Positions 26,875-36,034 of a DNA stretch of 64,000 nt are shown here, piece by piece. The notes beneath the pieces are model-generated. The model saw only the letters and a list, made by a program, of their open reading frames with translations, made no database searches and was not told the DNA's origin. Where the stretch lies: assembly GCA_023701245.1 (NCBI GenBank), contig JAMPXK010000002.1:40960-104959 (forward strand). The letters are read 5' to 3'. Source of the DNA: Elusimicrobiales bacterium (GTDB lineage: Bacteria; Elusimicrobiota; Elusimicrobia; Elusimicrobiales; UBA9959). How positions within the stretch are numbered: position 1 is the first letter of the stretch; the number at the start of each line of letters is the position of its first letter. A program made the position numbers and the translations under genes.

Positions 26875-27921
26875 TTGGAAAGCGATATCAAAATACTGGA
26901 ATTCCGCCCGGAGGCGGCGCCCGAAGCGCTGTGGACGGCGTATTTCGACCACTCCGAGGCCATGCACCGGGAGATAGACCCGCAAGACCCCTTGCTCGGC
27001 CGCGAACGGCACCGCGCCATGCTGTTGGTGGCGTTTAAAGCGCCGTATGTTTCCAGGCGCCTGTACCTGGCGCTGACGCCCGGCGGGGAGGCCGCCGGAC
27101 TGGCCTCGGTCAGTACGGAAACCCCCAGGTCTCCGTCCTACCAGGACAATAAACACCTGGGGAATCTGAATTTATCCGTGCTGCCGGGATACCGCGGGCG
27201 GGGCCTGGGCTGGCGCCTGCTGAACCATGTCATTTCGGAGTTGGCGGTCAAGGAACCGGCCGTTGCCGAATTAATGAGCCCCGTGGTCCTGGAGCCGGGA
27301 AAGAAGTTCTGCGGCAAGCTCGGCGCCAAGATGGCGCTGGCCCACGCGGAGAACCGGCTGTATGTAAAGGACATAGACTGGGCCATGGTGGAGCACTGGG
27401 CCGCAGAAGGCCGGCGCAGGAACCCGGGCACGACCGTGCTCACCGTCGGCATCATACCTGAGGAGGATATAAAGGATTACAGCGAGGCGTATACCGAGGC
27501 CATGAACCAGCAGCCTTTCGGGGAGATCTCCATGAAGATCACCGTTACGCCAGAGCAGATCCGCGTCGGGGAAAAAGAATGCCTGGAGACGGGAGCGGAA
27601 GACACTGTGATCTATACCAGGGAAGCGAACGGCGCGGTGAGCGGCCTCACCGAAACCGCTTACCTCAAGGATTCTCCCCACAAGGTGCGGCAGATGCTTA
27701 CCGGGGTGCGGTTGAAATACCGCGGCCGCGGCCTGGGCAAACTGCTCAAGGCGCTGATGCTGCTGGAGATCCGCGCCAAACACCCCGGAGTGAAATACGT
27801 GGTGACGGGCAACGCCGACAGCAACGCGCCCATGCTGGCCATCAACAACGCGCTGGGGTTTAAGAAACACCTGCCTATCCTGTTCTATAAACTTAAACTC
27901 CCGGTCCCCGGCGGCCGCTGA
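26875..27921 (+). CDS. two-domain GNAT-type acetyltransferase
   Basis: TTG start 6 nt after GGAGG. YRGRGLGWRLL and YRGRGLGKLLK acetyl-CoA-site-like motifs occur in the two halves. Confidence 0.6.
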   Translation: MESDIKILEFRPEAAPEALWTAYFDHSEAMHREIDPQDPLLGRERHRAMLLVAFKAPYVSRRLYLALTPGGEAAGLASVSTETPRSPSYQDNKHLGNLNLSVLPGYRGRGLGWRLLNHVISELAVKEPAVAELMSPVVLEPGKKFCGKLGAKMALAHAENRLYVKDIDWAMVEHWAAEGRRRNPGTTVLTVGIIPEEDIKDYSEAYTEAMNQQPFGEISMKITVTPEQIRVGEKECLETGAEDTVIYTREANGAVSGLTETAYLKDSPHKVRQMLTGVRLKYRGRGLGKLLKALMLLEIRAKHPGVKYVVTGNADSNAPMLAINNALGFKKHLPILFYKLKLPVPGGR

Positions 27922-27923
27922 GG

Positions 27924-29396
27924 ATGGAATTCATGAACGCAAGGATCTTTACCCGGGCCCTGCTGTACGCGCTGGCGCTGCTGGGGGCCGCGCTGGCCGC
28001 GGTCTACTATACCCTGCCGGTGAACCGCGTCAACATGCGTTCGCGCCTGGTGATGCTGGGAGACCTCGACAACAACGGAAAATGGGACCAGGCCGACCAG
28101 GCGCTGCTGGACTCCGTCCTGGCCGATCCCTGGACACGGCCGGCCGAGACCGTTTACAAGGCCGACGTGAACCGCAACGGCCTGCTGGACGAAGAGGACG
28201 TTTACCTGCTCTACGACCTTTATATGACCGGGGATCCGTACAAGGCCAGGGAGTACTTTTCCGGCGCCGGCCGGCCCTTCCCGTACCCCCGGGAATTCTT
28301 CCGCTACGTACCCGACACCGAATACCTGCAGCGGCCGGTGCTGGCGGTCCACAATCCAGTCCTGGCCGCCTCGCCGCTCAAATTCCTCGCCGAGGCCCGG
28401 GTTAAGAAGGCGTTCGGGTACCGGGAGCGCCTCCTGCGCGAGATCTACGACGAGGGCGTGCGCTTTTCGCTGGCTTACGCCAGGAGGGCGCCCGGCCTGC
28501 TGCCCAGGGAAAAGGAGTATGCCGGGCTGAAACTGAAGCGCTGCGCCGCCCTGTGGCGGGCCGGCGGCTACTACGAGCTGCTGCTGGAACTCATGGCCCT
28601 CACCGAGGACGCCGAGACGCTGACCATGAAAGGCCAGCCCGAATTCGTGGCGCAAAGTCTTTACCTGCGCGACCACCTGCGCGGCCTGCTGGACTCCGGG
28701 CTTTACAAGGCTTACGCCGCCGGCCGGGCGCCGGCCTCCGAGGTTTTCAAGGAGATAGAGAAGCACCTGGCGCAGGATATGGGCATAAAGGCCGACCTGG
28801 CGTCCATGGCGCCGCCGCGCAATTTCCTGGAACTGAAGAATTACGCGGACCGGGCGCGCTGGCAGTATTACAAGAGCGCCTCCACCCGCGGGGATTTCCG
28901 CAAGCTGCTGCTGTTCGCCCAGTACGACAGGCGCTACCTGCGCGCGGCTGCCCGCACCACCCGCAGGCTGGAAGACACTCCGCTGGAGAACCACAACCTC
29001 CCGATGGTGCTGCTGTTCCGGGAAGCTCTGCGCATACAGGGCGGCGATAAGTTGGCCGCCGTGGGCCTGCTCGACGAGGCCGTGCGCGTGCCTTTCGCCT
29101 GGGTGAAGTCCATCCCGCGCGACAAGCTGCCCGCTTCCGTGGCGCTGGAGAACTTCCTGCTGCCCGGCAACAAAGAGGACGGTTCCGACAAGAGCCGCCA
29201 CTGGAACGTTTTCGGCGGGGTCAGCCTGTACAAGTCCCCGGAAGAGTCCCTTAAGCTGGCGCTGGCGCGCGAGGTCAAGGACTTCCGGGAAAACCCGTCG
29301 CCGCAGGCCATGACCGAATTCATCCGCGATACCATGGCCAATCTCAATGGCATCTACTATGTGGTAAGCCTAAAGCCGGATTTGAAGGAGAACTGA
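27924..29396 (+). CDS. membrane-anchored protein with dockerin/EF-hand-like Ca-binding repeat pair, otherwise unknown
   Basis: N-terminal TM (ALLYALALLGAALAAVYY), then DLDNNGKWDQAD and DVNRNGLLDEED loops (nt 28062-28211). Confidence 0.6.
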   Translation: MEFMNARIFTRALLYALALLGAALAAVYYTLPVNRVNMRSRLVMLGDLDNNGKWDQADQALLDSVLADPWTRPAETVYKADVNRNGLLDEEDVYLLYDLYMTGDPYKAREYFSGAGRPFPYPREFFRYVPDTEYLQRPVLAVHNPVLAASPLKFLAEARVKKAFGYRERLLREIYDEGVRFSLAYARRAPGLLPREKEYAGLKLKRCAALWRAGGYYELLLELMALTEDAETLTMKGQPEFVAQSLYLRDHLRGLLDSGLYKAYAAGRAPASEVFKEIEKHLAQDMGIKADLASMAPPRNFLELKNYADRARWQYYKSASTRGDFRKLLLFAQYDRRYLRAAARTTRRLEDTPLENHNLPMVLLFREALRIQGGDKLAAVGLLDEAVRVPFAWVKSIPRDKLPASVALENFLLPGNKEDGSDKSRHWNVFGGVSLYKSPEESLKLALAREVKDFRENPSPQAMTEFIRDTMANLNGIYYVVSLKPDLKEN

Positions 29397-29399
29397 CCT

Positions 29400-30194
29400 A
29401 TGGAATACGTAATGGTCCCGCTCGCGGCGCTGGTGGCGTCCATCCTCAGTTTTTATTCCGGCTTCGGTCTGGGCACTTTGCTCATGCCGGTGCTGGCGGT
29501 GTTCTTCCCGCTGCCTGCGGCCATAGCGGCCACGGCGGTGGTGCACGGGTGCAACAACCTCTTCAAGATCCTCCTGGTAGGCGTAAAGGCCGACCGGGAG
29601 CTGGTGCTGAAGTTCGGCGTGCCGGCCATAGCGGCGGCTTTCGCCGGCGCCTGGGCGTTGCATCTCTTTAATTCCGTCTCCAGCGGCGCCGCGTTCTCCT
29701 ATGTGCTGCTGGGCCGGGCGGCCGTCATAACGCCGCTTAAACTTATGCTGGCGCTGCTGATGCTGTGCTTCGCGGCGGTGGACGCGCTGCCGGCCCTGAA
29801 GAACATGAAATTCGACCGCCGCTACCTGCCGCTGGGCGGGCTGCTGTCGGGGTTCTTCGGCGGGTTCTCCGGGCACCAGGGGGCGCTGCGGTCGGCCTTC
29901 CTGGTGAAGACCGACGTGACGCCGGAGGCCTTTGTGGCCACCAACGCCGTGATAGGCTTCCTGGTGGACTGCGCGCGCCTGGTCATCTACGCGTACACTA
30001 TTTTCCTGCTGGGCGGCGCCGGCGGCGCCGGGGCTTTCCCGACCGGAGCGGCCGCGGCGGCGGTGCTGGCTTCCGTGGCCGGCGTGCTGATAGGCCTTAA
30101 ATTCCTTCACAAGGTCACTCTTTCGGTCATACAGGGGCTCACCGCGGTCATGCTGGCGCTGATAGCCGCGCTGCTGGGCGCCGGACTTATCTGA
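29400..30194 (+). CDS. TauE/SafE (TSUP) family anion permease
   Basis: About eight TM spans. FYSGFGLGTLLMPVLAVFFP and GGFSGHQGALRSAF are typical of the family. Confidence 0.8.
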   Translation: MEYVMVPLAALVASILSFYSGFGLGTLLMPVLAVFFPLPAAIAATAVVHGCNNLFKILLVGVKADRELVLKFGVPAIAAAFAGAWALHLFNSVSSGAAFSYVLLGRAAVITPLKLMLALLMLCFAAVDALPALKNMKFDRRYLPLGGLLSGFFGGFSGHQGALRSAFLVKTDVTPEAFVATNAVIGFLVDCARLVIYAYTIFLLGGAGGAGAFPTGAAAAAVLASVAGVLIGLKFLHKVTLSVIQGLTAVMLALIAALLGAGLI

Positions 30195-30414
30195 ACAAGG
30201 TCGAGTGGCGGGGCCTGTAGCCCTTACCCGTAAAAACCACCTTATAGAGCTGGCCTGCCCGGGCCCGCTCGCTTTTGCCGTCTGGGCCTAAATGCCCAGG
30301 CGAGCCTGGGCTTATTGACATTTGTGGATTGGGCATAAGGCCTCATCAAGCCTTTCAGCCGTTTTTGTTAGAGTTAGGTGACGGGGATCATTCGCCGCAT
30401 TTTCAGGAGGGGTA

Positions 30415-31407
30415 ATGAAAAATAAAACTGTAGTCGGTCTTGTAGTTTGCGGGGTGTGCGCTTCTTTTACCGCGGGCGCCGCTAACGCCGCCGTGTTGAA
30501 CGGCGATGAAGCGTTCGCCGGCTCTCTGGCACCGGCGGCCCTGGCCCAGGTGGAACTGCCCAAGGCGGCTCAGGCGCCTATTCCTTCCATACTGCCGCTT
30601 CCAAAGGATTCCTTTTCCTACCTCAGTGAGTGCCGGATGATAGACACCGCCGTTTTCATTAAACAGCCTTCGGTGGCCGAAAGCGTGCAGCTGCTGGCCG
30701 GGTGCATGAAGCAGGTTTCAGGGCAGTATAAAGTAAAGGTGCAGGCGGATATGCTGGTGGCCCCGTTCGGCGGCCCCGGCGGCGGGCCGCAGGGCGCTAT
30801 GCCCAGCGGCATCATTATCTCCGTTACCGGCAAGATCCCGGCCGGCAACCCGATAGTGGACCATCTCACCTACTCGCTGGAAAAACGCAATAACCACCTG
30901 TTCGGCCACCGCGTTATGCTGAGCGCGCCGCGCGTTAAAGGCGTGGAACTGACCGAAAAAAGTTCGGCCGGCCTGCTTGGCCCGCTTAGAACGGCCGTGA
31001 AAGGCGCCCAGCGCCAAGAGCTGGAGGAGATGGGGTATATCTTCGGGCTGGAAACCTACCCGGCTAAAACCCAGGTCAAGAAGATACTGGAAGATATCAT
31101 CGGGTATGAGCTTGAGGACGTGAACGCCGGCGCTTTCCATATGTCGTCCGGCGACGCGGCCGTGCGCAGTTTCGTCAAGTATTTAAGGGACGAGGCCGCC
31201 TCCGAAGATGAGCAGGTGATCTCCAGGAACATCCGCAACGTGGCCACCGAGGCCGAGAAGGTCTTCCTGGGCACCCGGGAGTTCGCCGGCGTGCAGCTTG
31301 CCGCGCACCGCAGGCAGGAAGACGGCGACATGGATTACCAGGTGCTGATAGCGCAGGAAAAAGACGGCTCTTTCCTGGTGCTGCAGTACATGCGCAACCC
31401 TTACTAA
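30415..31407 (+). CDS. secreted protein, unknown function
   Basis: SD AGGAGG and signal peptide CASFTAGAANA. No family recognised. Confidence 0.6.
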   Translation: MKNKTVVGLVVCGVCASFTAGAANAAVLNGDEAFAGSLAPAALAQVELPKAAQAPIPSILPLPKDSFSYLSECRMIDTAVFIKQPSVAESVQLLAGCMKQVSGQYKVKVQADMLVAPFGGPGGGPQGAMPSGIIISVTGKIPAGNPIVDHLTYSLEKRNNHLFGHRVMLSAPRVKGVELTEKSSAGLLGPLRTAVKGAQRQELEEMGYIFGLETYPAKTQVKKILEDIIGYELEDVNAGAFHMSSGDAAVRSFVKYLRDEAASEDEQVISRNIRNVATEAEKVFLGTREFAGVQLAAHRRQEDGDMDYQVLIAQEKDGSFLVLQYMRNPY

Positions 31408-31541
31408 AAGTATTTAGAGCAGGGTGAAGGCGCTCCGGCGCCGCCGGCCCGCGGGGGGGACATCCCCGCGGGCCGTTAAATTGCGGGGGAAATAATTTCA
31501 GCTGAATAATGCCAGGCCAGCCATCCAAAAGCCTGCCCGTC

Positions 31542-31576
31542 CCCGACACCAGGCTGTCGGGTTGCCGTGGTATACT
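31542..31576 (+). promoter_or_regulatory. candidate operator-promoter module: CCCGACA-N6-TGTCGGG, 6 nt, TGg, TATACT (copy 2 of 4)
   Basis: Palindrome 31542-31561 and TGgTATACT 31568-31576. The recQ ATG lies 7 nt after the -10. Confidence 0.55.
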
Positions 31577-31583
31577 ATAAGTA

Positions 31584-33431
31584 ATGAAGCCGGAAGAGAT
31601 CCTGAAAAAGCGCTGGGGCTACAGCAGTTTCAAGCCGCTGCAGAAAGAGGCCGTGGAGGCCGCTTTCGCCGGGCGGGACTGCCTGGTGGTGCTGCCTACC
31701 GGCGGCGGCAAGAGCCTCTGCTACCAGTTGCCGGCGGCCGCGGGCAAGGGGCTGGTGCTGGTGGTGTCCCCGCTGATAGCGCTCATGGACGACCAGGTGG
31801 CCGCCGCGCGCGAAACCGGCCTGGCCGCGGACGCGCTGCATTCCAACCTGAAAGCGGGTCCCAAGCGGGAAGTTTACGCCAATCTCAACAGCGGCGTCAC
31901 GCAGTTGCTGTACGTCAGCCCGGAGCGCCTGCTGGCCGGGGACCTGTACGACGCCATAGCCCCGCGGCTGATCCTGGCCGCCGTGGACGAGGCGCACTGC
32001 GTGTCCCACTGGGGGCATGAATTCCGCCCGGAATACCGCAAGCTTACCGAAGCGCTGGACCTCTTCCCCAGGGCGGCGCGCATGGCGCTTACCGCCACGG
32101 CCACGCCCGCCGTACGCGAAGACATCCTCAAGCAGCTCGGCCTGCGCTCGCCCGAGGTGCTCATAGGCCACCCGGACAGGCCCAACCTGATCTACCGCGC
32201 TTTCCCGCGCCGGGACCAGGTAAAACAGGTGCTGGAGACGGTGCGGCGCCACCCCGGCGAAGGCGGCATAGTGTACGCCCAGACCCGCAAGGACGTGGAG
32301 CGCCTGGCCGCTAAATTAAAAGAGGAAGGCGTAGCCTGCGCGCCGTACCACGCCGGCCTGGGCGCGGCGCAACGCCAGCAGGCCCAGCACGATTTCGTCA
32401 ACGAGCGGCTGGACGTGATAGTGGCCACCATAGCCTTCGGCATGGGCATAGACCGCTCCAACGTGCGCTACGTGGTGCACGCCAATACGCCGCGCAGCGT
32501 GGAACATTACCAGCAGGAGAGCGGCCGCGCCGGGCGCGACGGCGAGCCGGCTGAATGCACGCTGCTGTTCTCGGCGGCGGACCTGGCCATGCACCGCTGG
32601 CTGGCCAAAAAAGACGTCACCCTTTCCGCCGAGCGCGCCAAGGCGCTGGAAAAGCAGCTGCGCGACATAGGCCGCTACGCATCGGCCCCGGTCTGCCGCC
32701 ACGGCCTGCTGGCCGCGCATTTCAGCGCGCCCTACCCTCCGGGGGGCGGGGCGCAGGCCAATTGCGGCGCCTGCGACGTGTGCCTGGGCGAGACCAAGGG
32801 CCTCCCGGACGACGAGGCCCTGCTGACGGCCAAGAAAGTGCTTTCCGCCGCCTGGCGCGCCGAGGGCCGTTACGGCACCGGCTACGTGGTGAACCTGCTG
32901 CTGGGCCGCCCCGGCGAGCGGGTGGCCGCCAACGGGCACGACCAGCTGAGGGTCTTCGGCCTGCTCAAAGAGGCGGGGGAACCGGCCGTGCGGTCCTGGA
33001 TAGACCAGCTGATAGTGCAGGATTTCCTGGAAGTCACGGAAGACGGGGACTACCCGCTGCTGCGCATCACCGCCGAGGGGCGCGCTCTCTGCCAGGACAA
33101 GGGCACGGTGCGGCTGGGCCAGCCGGTGCAGCCAGCTAAAGGCAAGAAGAAGCCCAAAGCGCTTAAAAAAGTTTCCGCGGAGTTCACCGAGGCGGACGAA
33201 GCCCTGTTCGACCGGCTGCGCGCCGTACGCCGGGCCCTGGCGGACAAGGCCGGCATCCCGCCTTACGTCATCTGCCAGGACGCTACCCTGGTGGAAATAG
33301 CCGCCGTGAAGCCGAAAACCCCGGAAGCCCTGCTGGAAATAAAGGGCATGGGGGAAAAGCGGGTGCAGAAATACGGCCGGTTCTTCCTGGACGCCCTGGC
33401 CGGGAAACTGGACCTGCCGCAGGGGGATTAG
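31584..33431 (+). CDS. recQ: ATP-dependent DNA helicase RecQ
   Basis: FKPLQKEAV, PTGGGKSLCYQLP, DEAHCVSHWGHEFRP, the Zn-binding cysteines CGACDVC, and a C-terminal HRDC-like domain. Confidence 0.92.
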   Translation: MKPEEILKKRWGYSSFKPLQKEAVEAAFAGRDCLVVLPTGGGKSLCYQLPAAAGKGLVLVVSPLIALMDDQVAAARETGLAADALHSNLKAGPKREVYANLNSGVTQLLYVSPERLLAGDLYDAIAPRLILAAVDEAHCVSHWGHEFRPEYRKLTEALDLFPRAARMALTATATPAVREDILKQLGLRSPEVLIGHPDRPNLIYRAFPRRDQVKQVLETVRRHPGEGGIVYAQTRKDVERLAAKLKEEGVACAPYHAGLGAAQRQQAQHDFVNERLDVIVATIAFGMGIDRSNVRYVVHANTPRSVEHYQQESGRAGRDGEPAECTLLFSAADLAMHRWLAKKDVTLSAERAKALEKQLRDIGRYASAPVCRHGLLAAHFSAPYPPGGGAQANCGACDVCLGETKGLPDDEALLTAKKVLSAAWRAEGRYGTGYVVNLLLGRPGERVAANGHDQLRVFGLLKEAGEPAVRSWIDQLIVQDFLEVTEDGDYPLLRITAEGRALCQDKGTVRLGQPVQPAKGKKKPKALKKVSAEFTEADEALFDRLRAVRRALADKAGIPPYVICQDATLVEIAAVKPKTPEALLEIKGMGEKRVQKYGRFFLDALAGKLDLPQGD

Positions 33432-33515
33432 CCGCCTCCACGGCGGGGCCGCGGGAGGAAAGGCCGCGTAATTTGTTAAGATGGTATATAGAGCTGGCAG
33501 TTAACAAAGGAAAAC

Positions 33516-33743
33516 ATGAAACCTTACAAGAATCTCAGCGGCAAATCCACCGTGGCCATGTACGAACTGGCCAAGGATTTCATAAAGATCCGGTTCACCA
33601 ACCAGGATGTGTACCGCTATTCCAACCAGAGCGCCGGCAGCGCCAAGGTAAAGCAGATGAAGATCCTGGCGGTGGCGGGCAAGGGCCTCGGCACCTTCGT
33701 GGAAGCCAACGTCCAGAAACTGCACGACAGGAAGATCAGGTAA
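33516..33743 (+). CDS. small protein, possibly KTSC-domain-like
   Basis: 75 aa. IRFTNQDVYRYSN...AGKGLGTFV loosely fits the KTSC pattern. Confidence 0.45.
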   Translation: MKPYKNLSGKSTVAMYELAKDFIKIRFTNQDVYRYSNQSAGSAKVKQMKILAVAGKGLGTFVEANVQKLHDRKIR

Positions 33744-33762
33744 CCACCCCGGCGGCCGGGCG

Positions 33763-34488
33763 ATGGATAAGACTATCTTCATCTATTGCGATGGCGCCTG
33801 CTCGGGGAACCCCGGGCCGGGCGGCTGGGCCGCCGTTCTCTTCTTCCCCGAAGGGCGCGTCCTGGAACTGGGCGGCGCCGAGCGGCCCACCACCAACAAC
33901 CGCATGGAGATGGCCGCGGCCATAGCCGCCCTCGGCGCCGTGCGCGCCAGGCCCGAACCGGTGAAATTGTACACCGATTCGGGCCTGCTCATTAACGGCA
34001 TAAAGAACTGGATCCACGGCTGGAAGCGCAAAGGCTGGCTGACCGCCGCCGGCCAGCCTGTGGTGAACCGGGACCTCTGGGAGAGCCTGGACGCCCTGAC
34101 CTCCGAACGCAAAGGCCGCCTGGCCTGGGGCCACGTCAAAGGCCACGCCGGCCACGAGATCAATGAACGCTGCGACGCCATAGCGGTGGCTTTTTCCAAA
34201 GGCCCCCGCCCGGTCCTGTACGACGGGCCGGCCGTGGGCTGCGGCTACTCGCTGCTGGAACCCGGCGCGGAGCACCTGCACCAGCCCGGCGCGCCCGGCA
34301 AAGCCTCCAAATCCAAGCCGCCCAAACACGGCTACTACCTGAGCCTCATCCACGGCCAGGTCTTCCGCGATGCCGCCTGGGACACCTGCAAGGCCCGCGT
34401 GCACGGCGTAGCCGGCGCCAAATTCAAGAAAGTGGCCGACGGCGTGCAGGAGAAGGAAACCCTTAAGCTCTGGGGGCACGGCGAGTGA
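33763..34488 (+). CDS. rnhA: ribonuclease HI with a C-terminal hybrid-binding (viroplasmin-like) domain
   Basis: IYCDGACSGNPGPGGWA, TNNRMEM, LYTDSG and VKGHAGHEINERCD form the RNase H core. The C-terminal YYLSLIHGQVFRDAAWDTCKARVHGVAGAKFKKV is the HBD-like part. Confidence 0.85.
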   Translation: MDKTIFIYCDGACSGNPGPGGWAAVLFFPEGRVLELGGAERPTTNNRMEMAAAIAALGAVRARPEPVKLYTDSGLLINGIKNWIHGWKRKGWLTAAGQPVVNRDLWESLDALTSERKGRLAWGHVKGHAGHEINERCDAIAVAFSKGPRPVLYDGPAVGCGYSLLEPGAEHLHQPGAPGKASKSKPPKHGYYLSLIHGQVFRDAAWDTCKARVHGVAGAKFKKVADGVQEKETLKLWGHGE

Positions 34489-35231
34489 CGCCCGTGGTAA
34501 AGGCCTCCGCGCTGCGCAAATGCTACGGCGACCTCTGCGCCGTGGACGGCATAGATTTCGAGATAAACCGCGGCGAATGCTTCGGGCTGCTGGGGCCCAA
34601 CGGGGCCGGCAAGACCACCACCGTAAAAATGCTCACCTGCGCCCTGCCCGTCTCCGGCGGGGACATCACCGTGGAAGGGCTCAGCGTGAACGCGGACCCG
34701 CGCGCCATAAAGTACCTGCTGGGCGTCTGCCCCCAGGAAGTGAACCTGGACCCGGATTTTTCCGTCTTCAAGAACCTGATAGTCTACTCCCGTTATTTCG
34801 ACATTCCTTACGCCGAGGCCAAAGAGCGCGCCGGGGAACTGATAGAACGCTTCCACCTGCATGACAAGCTGGAACGCCCCATAGAGGACCTTTCCGGCGG
34901 TCTCAAGAAACGCCTGCTGATGGCGCGCGCGCTGATAAACCGCCCGAAGCTGCTGATCCTCGACGAGCCTACCACCGGGCTGGACCCGCAGAGCCGCCGC
35001 CAGATCTGGGACGAGGTGCGGGGAATGAAGCGCAACGGGCTCACTACCCTGTTGACCACGCATTACATCGAGGAAGCCGAGCTGCTCTGCGACCGCCTGG
35101 TGATAGTGGACGCGGGCAGGATAATAGAACAGGGCACGCCGCCGGAATTGATAAAGAAGCACCTGGGCGGCGACGGCAACCTGGAGGATGTGTTCCTGAA
35201 ACTTACGGGGAGGCACCTGCGCGATGAATAG
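34485..35231 (+). CDS. ABC transporter ATP-binding protein (ABC-2 exporter type)
   Basis: GTGA overlap with rnhA. GPNGAGKTTT, LSGGLKKRLLMARAL and LILDEPT. Confidence 0.9.
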   Translation: MTPVVKASALRKCYGDLCAVDGIDFEINRGECFGLLGPNGAGKTTTVKMLTCALPVSGGDITVEGLSVNADPRAIKYLLGVCPQEVNLDPDFSVFKNLIVYSRYFDIPYAEAKERAGELIERFHLHDKLERPIEDLSGGLKKRLLMARALINRPKLLILDEPTTGLDPQSRRQIWDEVRGMKRNGLTTLLTTHYIEEAELLCDRLVIVDAGRIIEQGTPPELIKKHLGGDGNLEDVFLKLTGRHLRDE

Positions 35232-36018
35232 GCCCGCCCTCCTGGGGAATATCTCCTACCGCGCCTGGTACATGTGGCGGCGCAACGTGGACGTGTCGCT
35301 GGTCACCTGGAAGACCAACGTGATCCCGCCGCTGCTGGAGCCGGTGCTTTATATCCTGGCTTTCGGCATAGGCCTGGGCGCGTACGTGCAGGAGATAAAT
35401 TCCGGCGGCCGCGTTTACGGCTACCTGGCCTTCATGGCCCCCGGCATGGTGGCCGTGGGCATCATGTTCCACTCCATCTTCGACACCATGTACGGCGCCT
35501 TCGTGAGGCTGCGCTACCAGAAGACCTTCGAGGCGGTCATCACCACGCCCCTGTCGGCGGAGGACATCCTGGCCGGCGAGATCCTCTCCGGCGCCACCAA
35601 GGGCCTGTTCGCGGGGGCGGCCATCCTCCTCATTATCACGCTGTTCGGCCTGGCGGCCTATCCTTCCAGCCTGGTGATACTGCCGCTGGCGGCGCTCGGC
35701 GGGCTGCTGTTCGCCTCTTTCGGCCTCTGGTTCGCGGCGCTGGCCCCGTATATCGACAACCTGAACCTGCCGGTCTTCCTGTTCGTCAACCCCATGTTCC
35801 TGTTCAGCGGCACGTTCTTTCCCCTGGACGGCATGCCGCGCTGGGTGCGGCTGCTGGCGGAACTGATGCCGCTCACTCACCTGGTTGACATAACCCGGGC
35901 CGCCACTTTCAACCTGCTTACTGCGGACCTGCTCTGGGACCTGCTTTACCTGCTGGTCCTTACCGCCGTAATGCTGTACGTTTCCATCCGTAAAATGAAG
36001 GGGCGGCTCATAAAGTAG
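35224..36018 (+). CDS. ABC-2 type transporter permease
   Basis: Overlaps the ATPase gene by 8 nt and has six hydrophobic spans. Confidence 0.8.
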   Translation: MNRPALLGNISYRAWYMWRRNVDVSLVTWKTNVIPPLLEPVLYILAFGIGLGAYVQEINSGGRVYGYLAFMAPGMVAVGIMFHSIFDTMYGAFVRLRYQKTFEAVITTPLSAEDILAGEILSGATKGLFAGAAILLIITLFGLAAYPSSLVILPLAALGGLLFASFGLWFAALAPYIDNLNLPVFLFVNPMFLFSGTFFPLDGMPRWVRLLAELMPLTHLVDITRAATFNLLTADLLWDLLYLLVLTAVMLYVSIRKMKGRLIK

Positions 36019-36034
36019 TCACAAGGGGCGGAAC

